Assembly (NCBI GenBank): GCA_947630425.1
Contig: CANRHN010000002.1
Coordinates: 33,392 to 97,391, forward strand
Direction: 5' to 3'
DNA length: 64,000 nucleotides
Source of the DNA: an uncultured Clostridia bacterium
Lineage (GTDB): Bacteria > Bacillota > Clostridia > Christensenellales > CAG-314
The notes beneath the pieces are model-generated. The model made no database searches. It had not been told where the DNA came from and saw nothing but the letters and a program-made list of their open reading frames with translations. Position numbers and translations under genes: made by a program. Positions 47,195 through 55,900 of this stretch are shown one piece after another (position 1 is the stretch's first letter; the number at the start of each line of letters is the position of its first letter).

Positions 47195-48325
47195 ATGAAA
47201 AAGAAACTAATCGCAGTTCTGCTTTGTGCGCTGTTGGTGGTTTCCGCCGTGCTTGTTTTGGCAGCATGCAACAACACGCCGGTCATCATCTTCCGTAGCA
47301 ACGACGGCAGAAAGTACTTTGAACTTGAAGCCAAAGGTGGAAAACTCACCAAGGAGCAAGTTGACAAAGCCTACAAAGACAACAACATCAAAAATGGTGA
47401 CAAAATCTTTATGGGCTGGTATCAAACGGTAGGTCAAGTTGACGGCATCTACACCTACGACGACCCCATCGACTACGACAAGACCTACGAGGACGGCACG
47501 GAATTTTACGCTTACTGGCACGTGGGCGCAGGTCTTCCGCAAGGTTACACTCTTATCGGTGTGATTGGTGGCGTTAAAAATTGGACCCCCGGTACGGAAT
47601 CCGAAAATTGGATGCTTGAGCAAGATCCCGATCAACCCTGGCTTTACAGAAAGACCATTGACGTGCAGAAGGGCGACGAAATCAAGGTCAAGGAAAAGTC
47701 CGACAAATGGAATGATGACATTTGCAACCTTGGTTACGATGGATGCGCAGAGGTCATTTTGTCCGATGCAGTGAAGGCAGACCTCACGTCAAAGGGAATC
47801 GACGCGAAGTATATGAGCAAGAACGCAGGTGGTAACTTCGGTATCGGCACAATCGTTACGGAAGCCAACATCACCGTAGAGTACGATTTCAGCATTCTTA
47901 AGTACAGAGTTACTTACAACACAGCAACCGTAGCTCTTCCCGAAACCGTTGATACTTGGATTCTTGTAGGAACTCTCGTCGAAGGAAGCTGGACAGCGGA
48001 CAACTCGAATCCGAAAGTGTTGTTTACGGCAAAAGAGGGCGAAAAGTATGTTTTGACTCTTACATACAATCTCCGCGCAAACGATGAATTCAAATTCAAG
48101 ATCAAGAACCCCGAATGGGTAGGCGACATCGGCTTTGGCGGATTCAGCTATTCAGCGGCAGATGGCGTCAAACTTCCCAAAGACTTGTTTGTTGAAGGCA
48201 TTGGCGATGATGGTAAAGGTAACGGCAACATTGTTTGCTCAACGGCTTGCACTGTAGTATTCACTCTCGACGTTTTGCTCAACAGCGTAAGCGCAGTTGT
48301 AACTTCCGTGGGCGCAGCAGCCTAA
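47195..48325 (+). CDS. Lipoprotein with two aromatic-rich CBM-like modules (putative surface alpha-glucan-binding protein)
   Basis: The RBS aaaggaga is upstream. The lipobox is VLVLAAC. Two similar modules (YTLIGVIGGVKNW...GDEIKVKEKSDKW and WILVGTLVEGSW...NDEFKFKIKNPEW) are present. The gene heads a starch locus. Confidence 0.7.
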   Translation: MKKKLIAVLLCALLVVSAVLVLAACNNTPVIIFRSNDGRKYFELEAKGGKLTKEQVDKAYKDNNIKNGDKIFMGWYQTVGQVDGIYTYDDPIDYDKTYEDGTEFYAYWHVGAGLPQGYTLIGVIGGVKNWTPGTESENWMLEQDPDQPWLYRKTIDVQKGDEIKVKEKSDKWNDDICNLGYDGCAEVILSDAVKADLTSKGIDAKYMSKNAGGNFGIGTIVTEANITVEYDFSILKYRVTYNTATVALPETVDTWILVGTLVEGSWTADNSNPKVLFTAKEGEKYVLTLTYNLRANDEFKFKIKNPEWVGDIGFGGFSYSAADGVKLPKDLFVEGIGDDGKGNGNIVCSTACTVVFTLDVLLNSVSAVVTSVGAAA

Positions 48326-48361
48326 CGACAAAAATTTTGAAAAAAATATAAGGAGAAAATT

Positions 48362-49621
48362 ATGAAAAAAGCAAAAATTCTCGTGGCAATTTTGCTTGCG
48401 GTTGTTATGGTCCTGTCGGTGGTGGCATTTGTCGCTTGCGGCAAAAAAGAAAGCACCGAACTGTTGATGTGGGCACCCGCCGCAGCACAACAATTCTATC
48501 AAAATTGGGCAGACAAATGGGCAAAGGATTACAAAGACAGCAATGGTAACACCTACACCGTCAAAGTCGGTATCATGTCCGAAGCTGACGCGGGAACGAA
48601 CGTTGTTCAATCCCCCGCAAACGCAGCAGACGTTTTCCTGTTTGCCGATGACCAACTTGACAAGATGATCACTTCCGGCGCAATTGCGTCTGTAGGTAAG
48701 TTAGACGCCGGCGTGGCAAAACAGATCGTTGAAAGAAACAGCGAAGGAACAATAACCGCCGCTTCCAGAAACGGTCAACTCTATGCTTACCCCGCTCAAG
48801 CAGACAACGGTTACTTCCTTTACTACAATGACACAGTGCTTACTGCCGATGACGTCAAGTCTTGGGAAGGCATTGCCGCAAAGAACGTTGACGTTCACCT
48901 TGACTTCGGCAACGGTTGGTATGCTGCAAGCTGGTTCTTTACTTTCGGCGGAGAGATCGATGTGAATGACACCAACTTCAACACTGACAAAGTAGGTCTC
49001 AAAGCGGCAAAAGCTGCTATTCACTTCCGCAGTCTGTTCCCCGGTGACAAACTTCACATCGGCGATCCCGTTTCCGCAAACGGCGTTGCCAACTGCAACG
49101 ACGGTACTGTTGGCGCATTGGTGGCAGGCGGTTGGGTCTATGTAGATGAGTTCGCAGCTAATCCGCACATCAAACTGACCAAGCTCCCGACAATCCACCT
49201 TGACGACAAAGATTACCAAACCTACACCTTCCTTGGTTCCAAGCTTTTGGGCGTTGCAAAACAAGGCAAGTACCTTGAAGCTTCTCACGCGCTTGCCAAC
49301 TACCTTACAAGCGAGGAAGTTCAGCTTGACAAGGCTTTGAAACTCAGTGCAGGTCCCAGCAACATCAATGCTGCAAACAACGATCAAGTAAAAGCTCTGC
49401 CCACACTTGTGGCTTTGAGTCAACAAGCTCAATGGTCGGTGCCCCAAATCAACCTTCCCGGTCAGTTCTGGACAGCTACCGAAACTTTCATGGGCAAGAT
49501 CAAGTTTGGTGAAACCACTTGGGTAGGAAACGCCGATGGTACTTATACCGACGCGCAAATCAGAAATGCATTGAGCGAATATCGTGCGGATCTTCAACTC
49601 GCTTCTGACGCAGAAGAGTAA
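48362..49621 (+). CDS. Maltodextrin/sugar ABC transporter substrate-binding lipoprotein (MalE/MdxE-like)
   Basis: The lipobox is VVAFVAC. AADVFLFADDQLDKM and the overall family-1 SBP pattern are present. Confidence 0.88.
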   Translation: MKKAKILVAILLAVVMVLSVVAFVACGKKESTELLMWAPAAAQQFYQNWADKWAKDYKDSNGNTYTVKVGIMSEADAGTNVVQSPANAADVFLFADDQLDKMITSGAIASVGKLDAGVAKQIVERNSEGTITAASRNGQLYAYPAQADNGYFLYYNDTVLTADDVKSWEGIAAKNVDVHLDFGNGWYAASWFFTFGGEIDVNDTNFNTDKVGLKAAKAAIHFRSLFPGDKLHIGDPVSANGVANCNDGTVGALVAGGWVYVDEFAANPHIKLTKLPTIHLDDKDYQTYTFLGSKLLGVAKQGKYLEASHALANYLTSEEVQLDKALKLSAGPSNINAANNDQVKALPTLVALSQQAQWSVPQINLPGQFWTATETFMGKIKFGETTWVGNADGTYTDAQIRNALSEYRADLQLASDAEE

Positions 49622-49642
49622 AGGTTCAACAATGTAAAAATA

Positions 49643-49678
49643 ACATCGGAGGAGGAATTTCCTCCTTCGATGTTTTTT
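49643..49678 (+). terminator. Intra-operon hairpin plus T-run after the binding-protein gene (partial terminator/attenuator)
   Basis: acatcggaggagg-aattt-cctccttcgatgt (13-bp stem with one G-U pair) followed by ttttt. Confidence 0.6.
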
Positions 49679-49695
49679 GTTTAGGAGGAAAATAT

Positions 49696-51195
49696 ATGGC
49701 TGAAGTCAACGCTTCAATCAAAAAGCCGAATGCTTTCGTTGCGTTTTTCATCTCCATAGGCGCTTGGTTCAGAGCGTTTCCGAAACGCTTTGTCAATTTC
49801 TTCAAGCGGCTTGGTCTAAAAATTGCTAATTGGTTCAAAAGTCTTTGGCGCATTGTCAAGGAAGGCAATTGGAAAACGCGCATGTCCTTTGTAGTGATGG
49901 GATTCGGCTGTTTTGCTTACGGTCAATGGCTGAGAGGCGCGTTGTACCTTTTGTTAGAGGTGGGATTTGTACTGTTTATGGTGTTTTTCGGTCCCCCGTA
50001 TCTCGGCAAATTCGGTACTCTCGGAACAACGCTTCAAGGTCCGCTGATTGACCAAAACACCGGTCTGCAAATCGGCGTCACCGAAGGCGACGATTCGCTG
50101 ATGATATTGTTGTTCGGCGTCGTTACCATTCTGTTCATTCTGATATTTGCCGTGCTGTACTTCAAACAGCTGCGCAATGCTTTTGCAAATCAGGAACGCG
50201 CGGAGTTCGGTATGCCCATCGACGGCACCAAAGACGACGTCAAAAACATGCTGAACAAAAACTTCCACACAACGATACTTGCCTTGCCCACGTTGGGCAT
50301 TGCGGTATTTACGGTGATCCCGCTCATATTTATGATCCTGATTGCCTTTACCAACTACGACTACGAACACCTGACTCCGGGCAATTTGTTCACTTGGGTC
50401 GGATTTAAGAATTTTGCGGAATTGTTCAAGTTTACGGGAACGTCCTCTATGGGACAAACCTTCGGAAAACTGCTTGGTTGGACGCTGTTGTGGGCGGTGT
50501 TGAGTACCGTTACCACATATATCGGCGGAATGATACTTGCAATTCTCATCAATTACAAGGGCGTTCGTCTGAAAAAGGTCTACCGCGCGTTTTTCGTCGT
50601 GACGATTGCCGTACCGCAATTTGTCAGCTTGCTCATCATCAGCAAGTTCCTTGACACGCAAAACGGTTTGATAAACCAACTTCTGAAAAGTTGGGGTTGG
50701 ATCGACCAAAACATAAAGTGGTTGGGAGAAACCAACTTGGCGCGACTGATGGTCGTGGTGGTAAACATGTGGATAGGCGTCCCCTATTCGATGTTGATAA
50801 CAAGTGGTATTTTGATGAACATTCCCGAAGAACTTTACGAATCGGCGCGTATCGACGGTGCCGGTCCCGTAAAAACCTTCTTCAAAATTACGCTTCCGTA
50901 CATGCTGTTTGTTACAGGTCCGCACCTCATCACACAATTTGTGGGCAACATCAACAACTTCAACGTCATATTCCTGTTGACGGGAGGCGGTCCTACCAGC
51001 CCCGATTTGAGGAGTCCTGCAGGAAAAACCGACTTGCTCATCACTTGGCTGTACGATTTGACGGTCAACGGCGAGTACCCCAACTACAAGTTGGGCTCCG
51101 TTATCGGCATTTTGGTGTTCATCGTTTGCGCGGTCCTCAGCTTGGTCGTCTACGGTAGAACATCCTCGGTGAAGAATGAGGAGGATTTCCAATGA
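49696..51195 (+). CDS. Sugar ABC transporter permease (MalF-like)
   Basis: The EAA loop ESARIDGAGPVKTFFKITLP and multiple TM helices are present. The RBS aggagga is upstream. Confidence 0.88.
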   Translation: MAEVNASIKKPNAFVAFFISIGAWFRAFPKRFVNFFKRLGLKIANWFKSLWRIVKEGNWKTRMSFVVMGFGCFAYGQWLRGALYLLLEVGFVLFMVFFGPPYLGKFGTLGTTLQGPLIDQNTGLQIGVTEGDDSLMILLFGVVTILFILIFAVLYFKQLRNAFANQERAEFGMPIDGTKDDVKNMLNKNFHTTILALPTLGIAVFTVIPLIFMILIAFTNYDYEHLTPGNLFTWVGFKNFAELFKFTGTSSMGQTFGKLLGWTLLWAVLSTVTTYIGGMILAILINYKGVRLKKVYRAFFVVTIAVPQFVSLLIISKFLDTQNGLINQLLKSWGWIDQNIKWLGETNLARLMVVVVNMWIGVPYSMLITSGILMNIPEELYESARIDGAGPVKTFFKITLPYMLFVTGPHLITQFVGNINNFNVIFLLTGGGPTSPDLRSPAGKTDLLITWLYDLTVNGEYPNYKLGSVIGILVFIVCAVLSLVVYGRTSSVKNEEDFQ

Positions 51196-52250
51196 TGACA
51201 GCATTACTTGGTTTGAGTCAAGCCGCGGTAACGGCAATGACAATTATATTTTCGTTGATAATAGTAGTGCAAGTGGGCGTCATCGGTTGGCTGATAATTC
51301 GTCACCGCGAACACGTGGCAATGACGGAATTGGGAAAGCCTGCCAAGAAAAAGAGATACCGCAGCATGAAGGCAAAACGCATCACGGTGTTGACAATTAT
51401 TCACATTGTGCTGACCGTGCTTGCTATAGTTTGGGTTCTTCCCTTTGTGTATGTTGTTTTGCACTCTTTCCGTGCAAACGACCCATTGTCCCCCTTCCCT
51501 GCCAAGATCATTCCCACAGAGTGGACGCTGGACGCTTGGGCAAGGTTGTTCAACGGCAAGCCGGAAGCATACTCCGACGCAAAATTTGCTTGGGTAAACT
51601 TCCCTCGTTGGTGGATCAACACGTTGGTTATAGCTTGTTTCTCCTGCGTCATCTCCACTTTGTTTACGCTGATGACAAGTTACGCATTTTCGCGAATGAG
51701 ATTCAAGCTCCGTCAGCCCTACATGAAGTTGATACTGATTTTGGGAATGTTCCCCGGCTTCCTCGGAATGATTGCGGTGTACAACATTTTGGTTGCGCTT
51801 AACCTTAACGAAGGCATACTCAAAGACGTTGCGCTTGTAATGGTTTACAGCGGTAGCGCGGGAATGGGTTACTACGTTTCCAAAGGTTTCTTCGACACGA
51901 TACCCAAAGCCTTGGACGAATCCGCCAAGTTGGACGGAGCGTCCCAAGCGCAGATATTTACCAAAATTACGTTGCCCCTTTCCAAGCCTATCATCGTGTA
52001 TACTGCGTTGACGGCGTTTATGGGACCGTGGATGGACTTCATCTTTGTCAAGATGATCTGTCGCGGTGACACCGACTACGGCACTGTCGCATTGGGGTTG
52101 CAAACAATGTTGGAGCGCGAGCAGTTCATGACCCATTGGAGATTGTTCTGCGCGGGCGCGACAATGGTGGCTGTGCCCATCACTGTGCTGTTTATGTTCC
52201 TTCAAAAGTACTATGTTGAAGGTGTAACGGGAGGATCGGTAAAGGGCTAA
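51192..52250 (+). CDS. Sugar ABC transporter permease (MalG-like)
   Basis: The EAA loop ESAKLDGASQAQIFTKITLP is present. The start overlaps the upstream stop in an ATGA junction. Confidence 0.88.
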   Translation: MMTALLGLSQAAVTAMTIIFSLIIVVQVGVIGWLIIRHREHVAMTELGKPAKKKRYRSMKAKRITVLTIIHIVLTVLAIVWVLPFVYVVLHSFRANDPLSPFPAKIIPTEWTLDAWARLFNGKPEAYSDAKFAWVNFPRWWINTLVIACFSCVISTLFTLMTSYAFSRMRFKLRQPYMKLILILGMFPGFLGMIAVYNILVALNLNEGILKDVALVMVYSGSAGMGYYVSKGFFDTIPKALDESAKLDGASQAQIFTKITLPLSKPIIVYTALTAFMGPWMDFIFVKMICRGDTDYGTVALGLQTMLEREQFMTHWRLFCAGATMVAVPITVLFMFLQKYYVEGVTGGSVKG

Positions 52251-53884
52251 TGAAAAAGTTTTCCGTTTTTGTGTTGATTTTGTGTCTTGCATTGGCTGTT
52301 TCGGCTTTTGCGGGATGCAAAGCAAAGGACATCAAGGATTGGGAATCCAATCCCGTCGCAACAAACGTTGACCCGTCGTACCGCGACTACTACCAGATTT
52401 TTGTGTACGGTTTTGCGGACAGCGACGGCGACGGAGTGGGCGACCTTAAGGGCATCGAAAGCAAGCTGGACTATATTGCCGATCTCAACTTTAACGGCAT
52501 TTGGCTTTCGCCGATTTACCCCTCGTCGCAGTCCAATCACAACTACGACGTGGAAGATTACTGCGCGATAGACAGCCGCTACGGCACGTTGGAGGATTTT
52601 GAGGATTTGGTGACGGCTTGTCACGAACGCGGAATTTCCGTAATGATGGATCAGGTGTTCAACCATTCTTCTAACAGACACACTTGGTTTCAACAGGCTC
52701 AAACGGCTTTGCGCAGCGGGGACACCGAAAACAAGTACGTAAACTACTACCTGTTTAACAACAACAATCCCGACAGCTACCAGCACTTTACCGACGCGCC
52801 GTCGATGCCGAAGCTTAACCTTGACAACCCCGAAGTTCGCAACGAAATCGACAACATCTGCAAGTTTTGGTTGCAGGATTACGATGTGGACGCTTTCCGT
52901 CTGGACGCCGCTTACCATTTTTACTCCAACGCCTCGAAAAACATCGAATTTATGAAGTGGTTGATGTCTGCCGCGCAGAAGTACAACCCCGATGTTTACA
53001 TGGTGGGCGAAGTGTGGCAAGGCGAACAGACAGTGTACAATCACTATGCCGAGGACTCGGTACAAAGCTTTTTCAACTTTCAACTGAGTTCTACCATTGG
53101 CTACAACAGTTTGATGTCGCTGCTGTTCAGTGACGATCCGGCAAGCCAAGTCGAAAGCGTCATAACCACCAAAGAAAAGGGTACGTCCAAGGGCATAGAC
53201 GCTCTGTTCACCAGCAATCACGACACGTCTCGTTTTGCCAACTGCGTGGATTACTACGATTTCCGCGAGGGTGCGCCGACCGACAGGTTGATGAGCATTC
53301 ACAAAATGAGCGTTGCCCTGCTCTACACACAGGCGGGCAATGTGTTCAACTACTACGGCAACGAAATCGGCTTGCGCAACGGCATCAGAACCTGGACGGG
53401 CAACGGCTACGAAGACCACACTTACCGCACCGCGATGAATTGGGGCAGTGACACGGCAGACACCCACGAGGATGGTATGGCGTGGATGGCTTACGGCGGC
53501 GCAACAATGTACGGCGTATGGGACGACATTCTGGGCGGCGTTGCAGAACAAAAGAACGACCAAAACAGCTTGTTGAACTTCTACCGCAGAGTGATGCTTC
53601 TTCGCAGACAAATTCCCGAAATAGCTCAAGGAACGTCGGAATTTCTCGACAGCGGCGACGACAAGGTGGTAATAATCAAGCGTACCGCCGGCGACAAGAG
53701 CATATTCCTTGTGTACAACTTCGACCCGGAGGAAAAGCACAAAATCGACATCCGTAGTCTCATCAAGGACAACGGCTTGAAGGGCGAATTCGCGGGATTT
53801 TTGTCCTCCGACAACAGTCGGGACGTAAAATACAAAAACGGCAAATTGACTCTTCCGCAGTATTCCATTGCGGTGATCCGCTAA
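52250..53884 (+). CDS. GH13 alpha-amylase-family glycoside hydrolase, lipoprotein
   Basis: The lipobox is SAFAGC. The GH13 conserved regions DQVFNH, DAFRLDAAYH, MVGEVW and FTSNHD are present. Confidence 0.88.
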   Translation: MKKFSVFVLILCLALAVSAFAGCKAKDIKDWESNPVATNVDPSYRDYYQIFVYGFADSDGDGVGDLKGIESKLDYIADLNFNGIWLSPIYPSSQSNHNYDVEDYCAIDSRYGTLEDFEDLVTACHERGISVMMDQVFNHSSNRHTWFQQAQTALRSGDTENKYVNYYLFNNNNPDSYQHFTDAPSMPKLNLDNPEVRNEIDNICKFWLQDYDVDAFRLDAAYHFYSNASKNIEFMKWLMSAAQKYNPDVYMVGEVWQGEQTVYNHYAEDSVQSFFNFQLSSTIGYNSLMSLLFSDDPASQVESVITTKEKGTSKGIDALFTSNHDTSRFANCVDYYDFREGAPTDRLMSIHKMSVALLYTQAGNVFNYYGNEIGLRNGIRTWTGNGYEDHTYRTAMNWGSDTADTHEDGMAWMAYGGATMYGVWDDILGGVAEQKNDQNSLLNFYRRVMLLRRQIPEIAQGTSEFLDSGDDKVVIIKRTAGDKSIFLVYNFDPEEKHKIDIRSLIKDNGLKGEFAGFLSSDNSRDVKYKNGKLTLPQYSIAVIR

Positions 53885-53923
53885 AAATATCACAAATAAA
53901 GAATCATTCTTTTGGAGGAAAAT

Positions 53924-55819
53924 ATGGCTAATCTGAAACTTAATCACATTTACAAAGTGTATCCCAACGGGGTCAAGGCAGTGAATGACTTTTGTATGGA
54001 CATCGAGGACAAGGAGTTCATTGTGTTCGTCGGACCCTCCGGTTGCGGCAAATCGACAACGCTTCGAATGATAGCCGGTTTGGAGGAAATTACCGCAGGC
54101 GAATTGCGTATAGACGACATGGTTGTCAACGACGTCGAGCCCAAGGACCGCGACATAGCAATGGTGTTCCAAAACTACGCCTTGTACCCGCACATGACCG
54201 TGTACGAAAACATGGCATTCGGTTTGCGCCTAAGACATCTGCCCAAGGAAGAAATCGACCGCAAGGTGCGCGAAGCCGCTCATATTCTCGGCATAACCGA
54301 GTACCTTGACCGCAAGCCCAAGGCAATGTCCGGCGGTCAGCGTCAACGTGTTGCTTTGGGACGCGCTATCGTTCGTAACCCCAAGGTAATGCTTTTGGAC
54401 GAACCGCTTTCCAACTTGGACGCCAAACTTCGTACCGCAATGCGTTCGGAAATTTCCAAGTTGCACCACAAATTGCAGACAACGTTTATCTACGTCACCC
54501 ACGACCAGGTGGAAGCAATGACAATGGGTACGCGTATTGTCGTAATGAAGGACGGCTTCGTGCAACAGATAGACACTCCGCGCAACCTTTACCGCTTCCC
54601 CGGCAACAAGTTCGTGGCAGGCTTTATAGGCACGCCGCAAATGAACTTCTTTAACGGAACGCTTACGCAACACGGCAACAAGGTGACGGTGGAATTTGAC
54701 AACACGGACGTCAAATTGGACGCTCCCATAGAAATTTTCCACAAGGCGGACAGGTCTTACCTCGACGGAACAAAGCCCGTCATTCTCGGTATTCGTGCCG
54801 AGCACATCTCCACCAATCCCGAGCAGTACCCCTATCGCGCCAAGTGCCGCGTGTCTCACGTAGAAGAGCTGGGCACCGATTGTCAGGTTTACGCCGACTT
54901 TAACCTCAACAGTGAGGACGTTATCGGCGAAAGCCCCACAAGAGTCATCATCAAAGCGCCCGCAGGCAGCTACTACAGCGTAGACAGCGTAATTCAGGTG
55001 TCGCTGGACCTTACGCAGCTTCATTTCTTTGATGCAGAGACGGAAACGACCATTGCTCCGCGTATTCCGCAAGAAGTTGTTACTCAAGCTATCGTAAACG
55101 GAAGCAAGCTTGACGCGCTCAATGCGCAAATCGAGCTTCCCGAGGCAATTCGTCCCGAAAACGGCGAGTACAGCATGTATGTTCCCACGTCGGCAGTTCG
55201 TTTGGACGGCAGCATAGACGCAAAGGTTCTCGAGGAAGAGGACGTCAACGGACAACGACTTGTTCACCTGCAAGCGGGTAACACGGTTTTGTTTGCAATT
55301 GTAGACAAGAACGTTCAACTCGGCAAAACAACCAAAATCGACATCGATTTGAAACAAATTCGTTTGGAACGCGACGGCGAAGTGGTGGTTCAACCCTTGA
55401 ACCTCAACAACGTGCTTGTTGGTACAATTTCCAAACACAAGGTAAAAGTGGAAAAGGAAGTCGACGGCAAAACCAAGAAGGTTACGGAGCTTGCATTCAG
55501 CTTTGACATTTGCGGTGCTTCCTTCGACTGCCCCAAGGAGTTGGCAATGCGTTTGATCAACGGCGGCGGTCAAAACATCTTTGGAAAGAATTTGGAATTC
55601 CGCTTTACGCCTTATCAAGTACACGTCGGCGACGTCGGTTTGGAGGGCACGGTGGACGCTTGCAGCGACTACGGCAAGGAAAAGTTTGCACAGTGCGTTG
55701 TAGGCGACAAAAAGGTCAACGTGCTTGTAAACGGCGAGGTTGGCGAAACAGTTCGCTTGAATTTGGACGTTGAGGCTTTGGAAATTCACGAAACGGATCG
55801 TGCTATCCGCCTTGCGTAA
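53924..55819 (+). CDS. MalK/MsmX-type sugar ABC transporter ATPase with a roughly 260-aa C-terminal extension
   Basis: GPSGCGKSTTLRMIAGLE, LSGGQRQRVALGRA and LLDEPLSNLD are present. The protein is 631 aa from the ATG at 53924, which has the RBS ggagga upstream. My recollection is that canonical members are about 370 aa. Confidence 0.9.
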   Translation: MANLKLNHIYKVYPNGVKAVNDFCMDIEDKEFIVFVGPSGCGKSTTLRMIAGLEEITAGELRIDDMVVNDVEPKDRDIAMVFQNYALYPHMTVYENMAFGLRLRHLPKEEIDRKVREAAHILGITEYLDRKPKAMSGGQRQRVALGRAIVRNPKVMLLDEPLSNLDAKLRTAMRSEISKLHHKLQTTFIYVTHDQVEAMTMGTRIVVMKDGFVQQIDTPRNLYRFPGNKFVAGFIGTPQMNFFNGTLTQHGNKVTVEFDNTDVKLDAPIEIFHKADRSYLDGTKPVILGIRAEHISTNPEQYPYRAKCRVSHVEELGTDCQVYADFNLNSEDVIGESPTRVIIKAPAGSYYSVDSVIQVSLDLTQLHFFDAETETTIAPRIPQEVVTQAIVNGSKLDALNAQIELPEAIRPENGEYSMYVPTSAVRLDGSIDAKVLEEEDVNGQRLVHLQAGNTVLFAIVDKNVQLGKTTKIDIDLKQIRLERDGEVVVQPLNLNNVLVGTISKHKVKVEKEVDGKTKKVTELAFSFDICGASFDCPKELAMRLINGGGQNIFGKNLEFRFTPYQVHVGDVGLEGTVDACSDYGKEKFAQCVVGDKKVNVLVNGEVGETVRLNLDVEALEIHETDRAIRLA

Positions 55820-55900
55820 TGCAAAAACTGCAACAAAACGCGTCTGAATTTGACGACCGTATGTTGCAAAAAGCTCTTATAAAATTTTTCAGAGGTAAAC

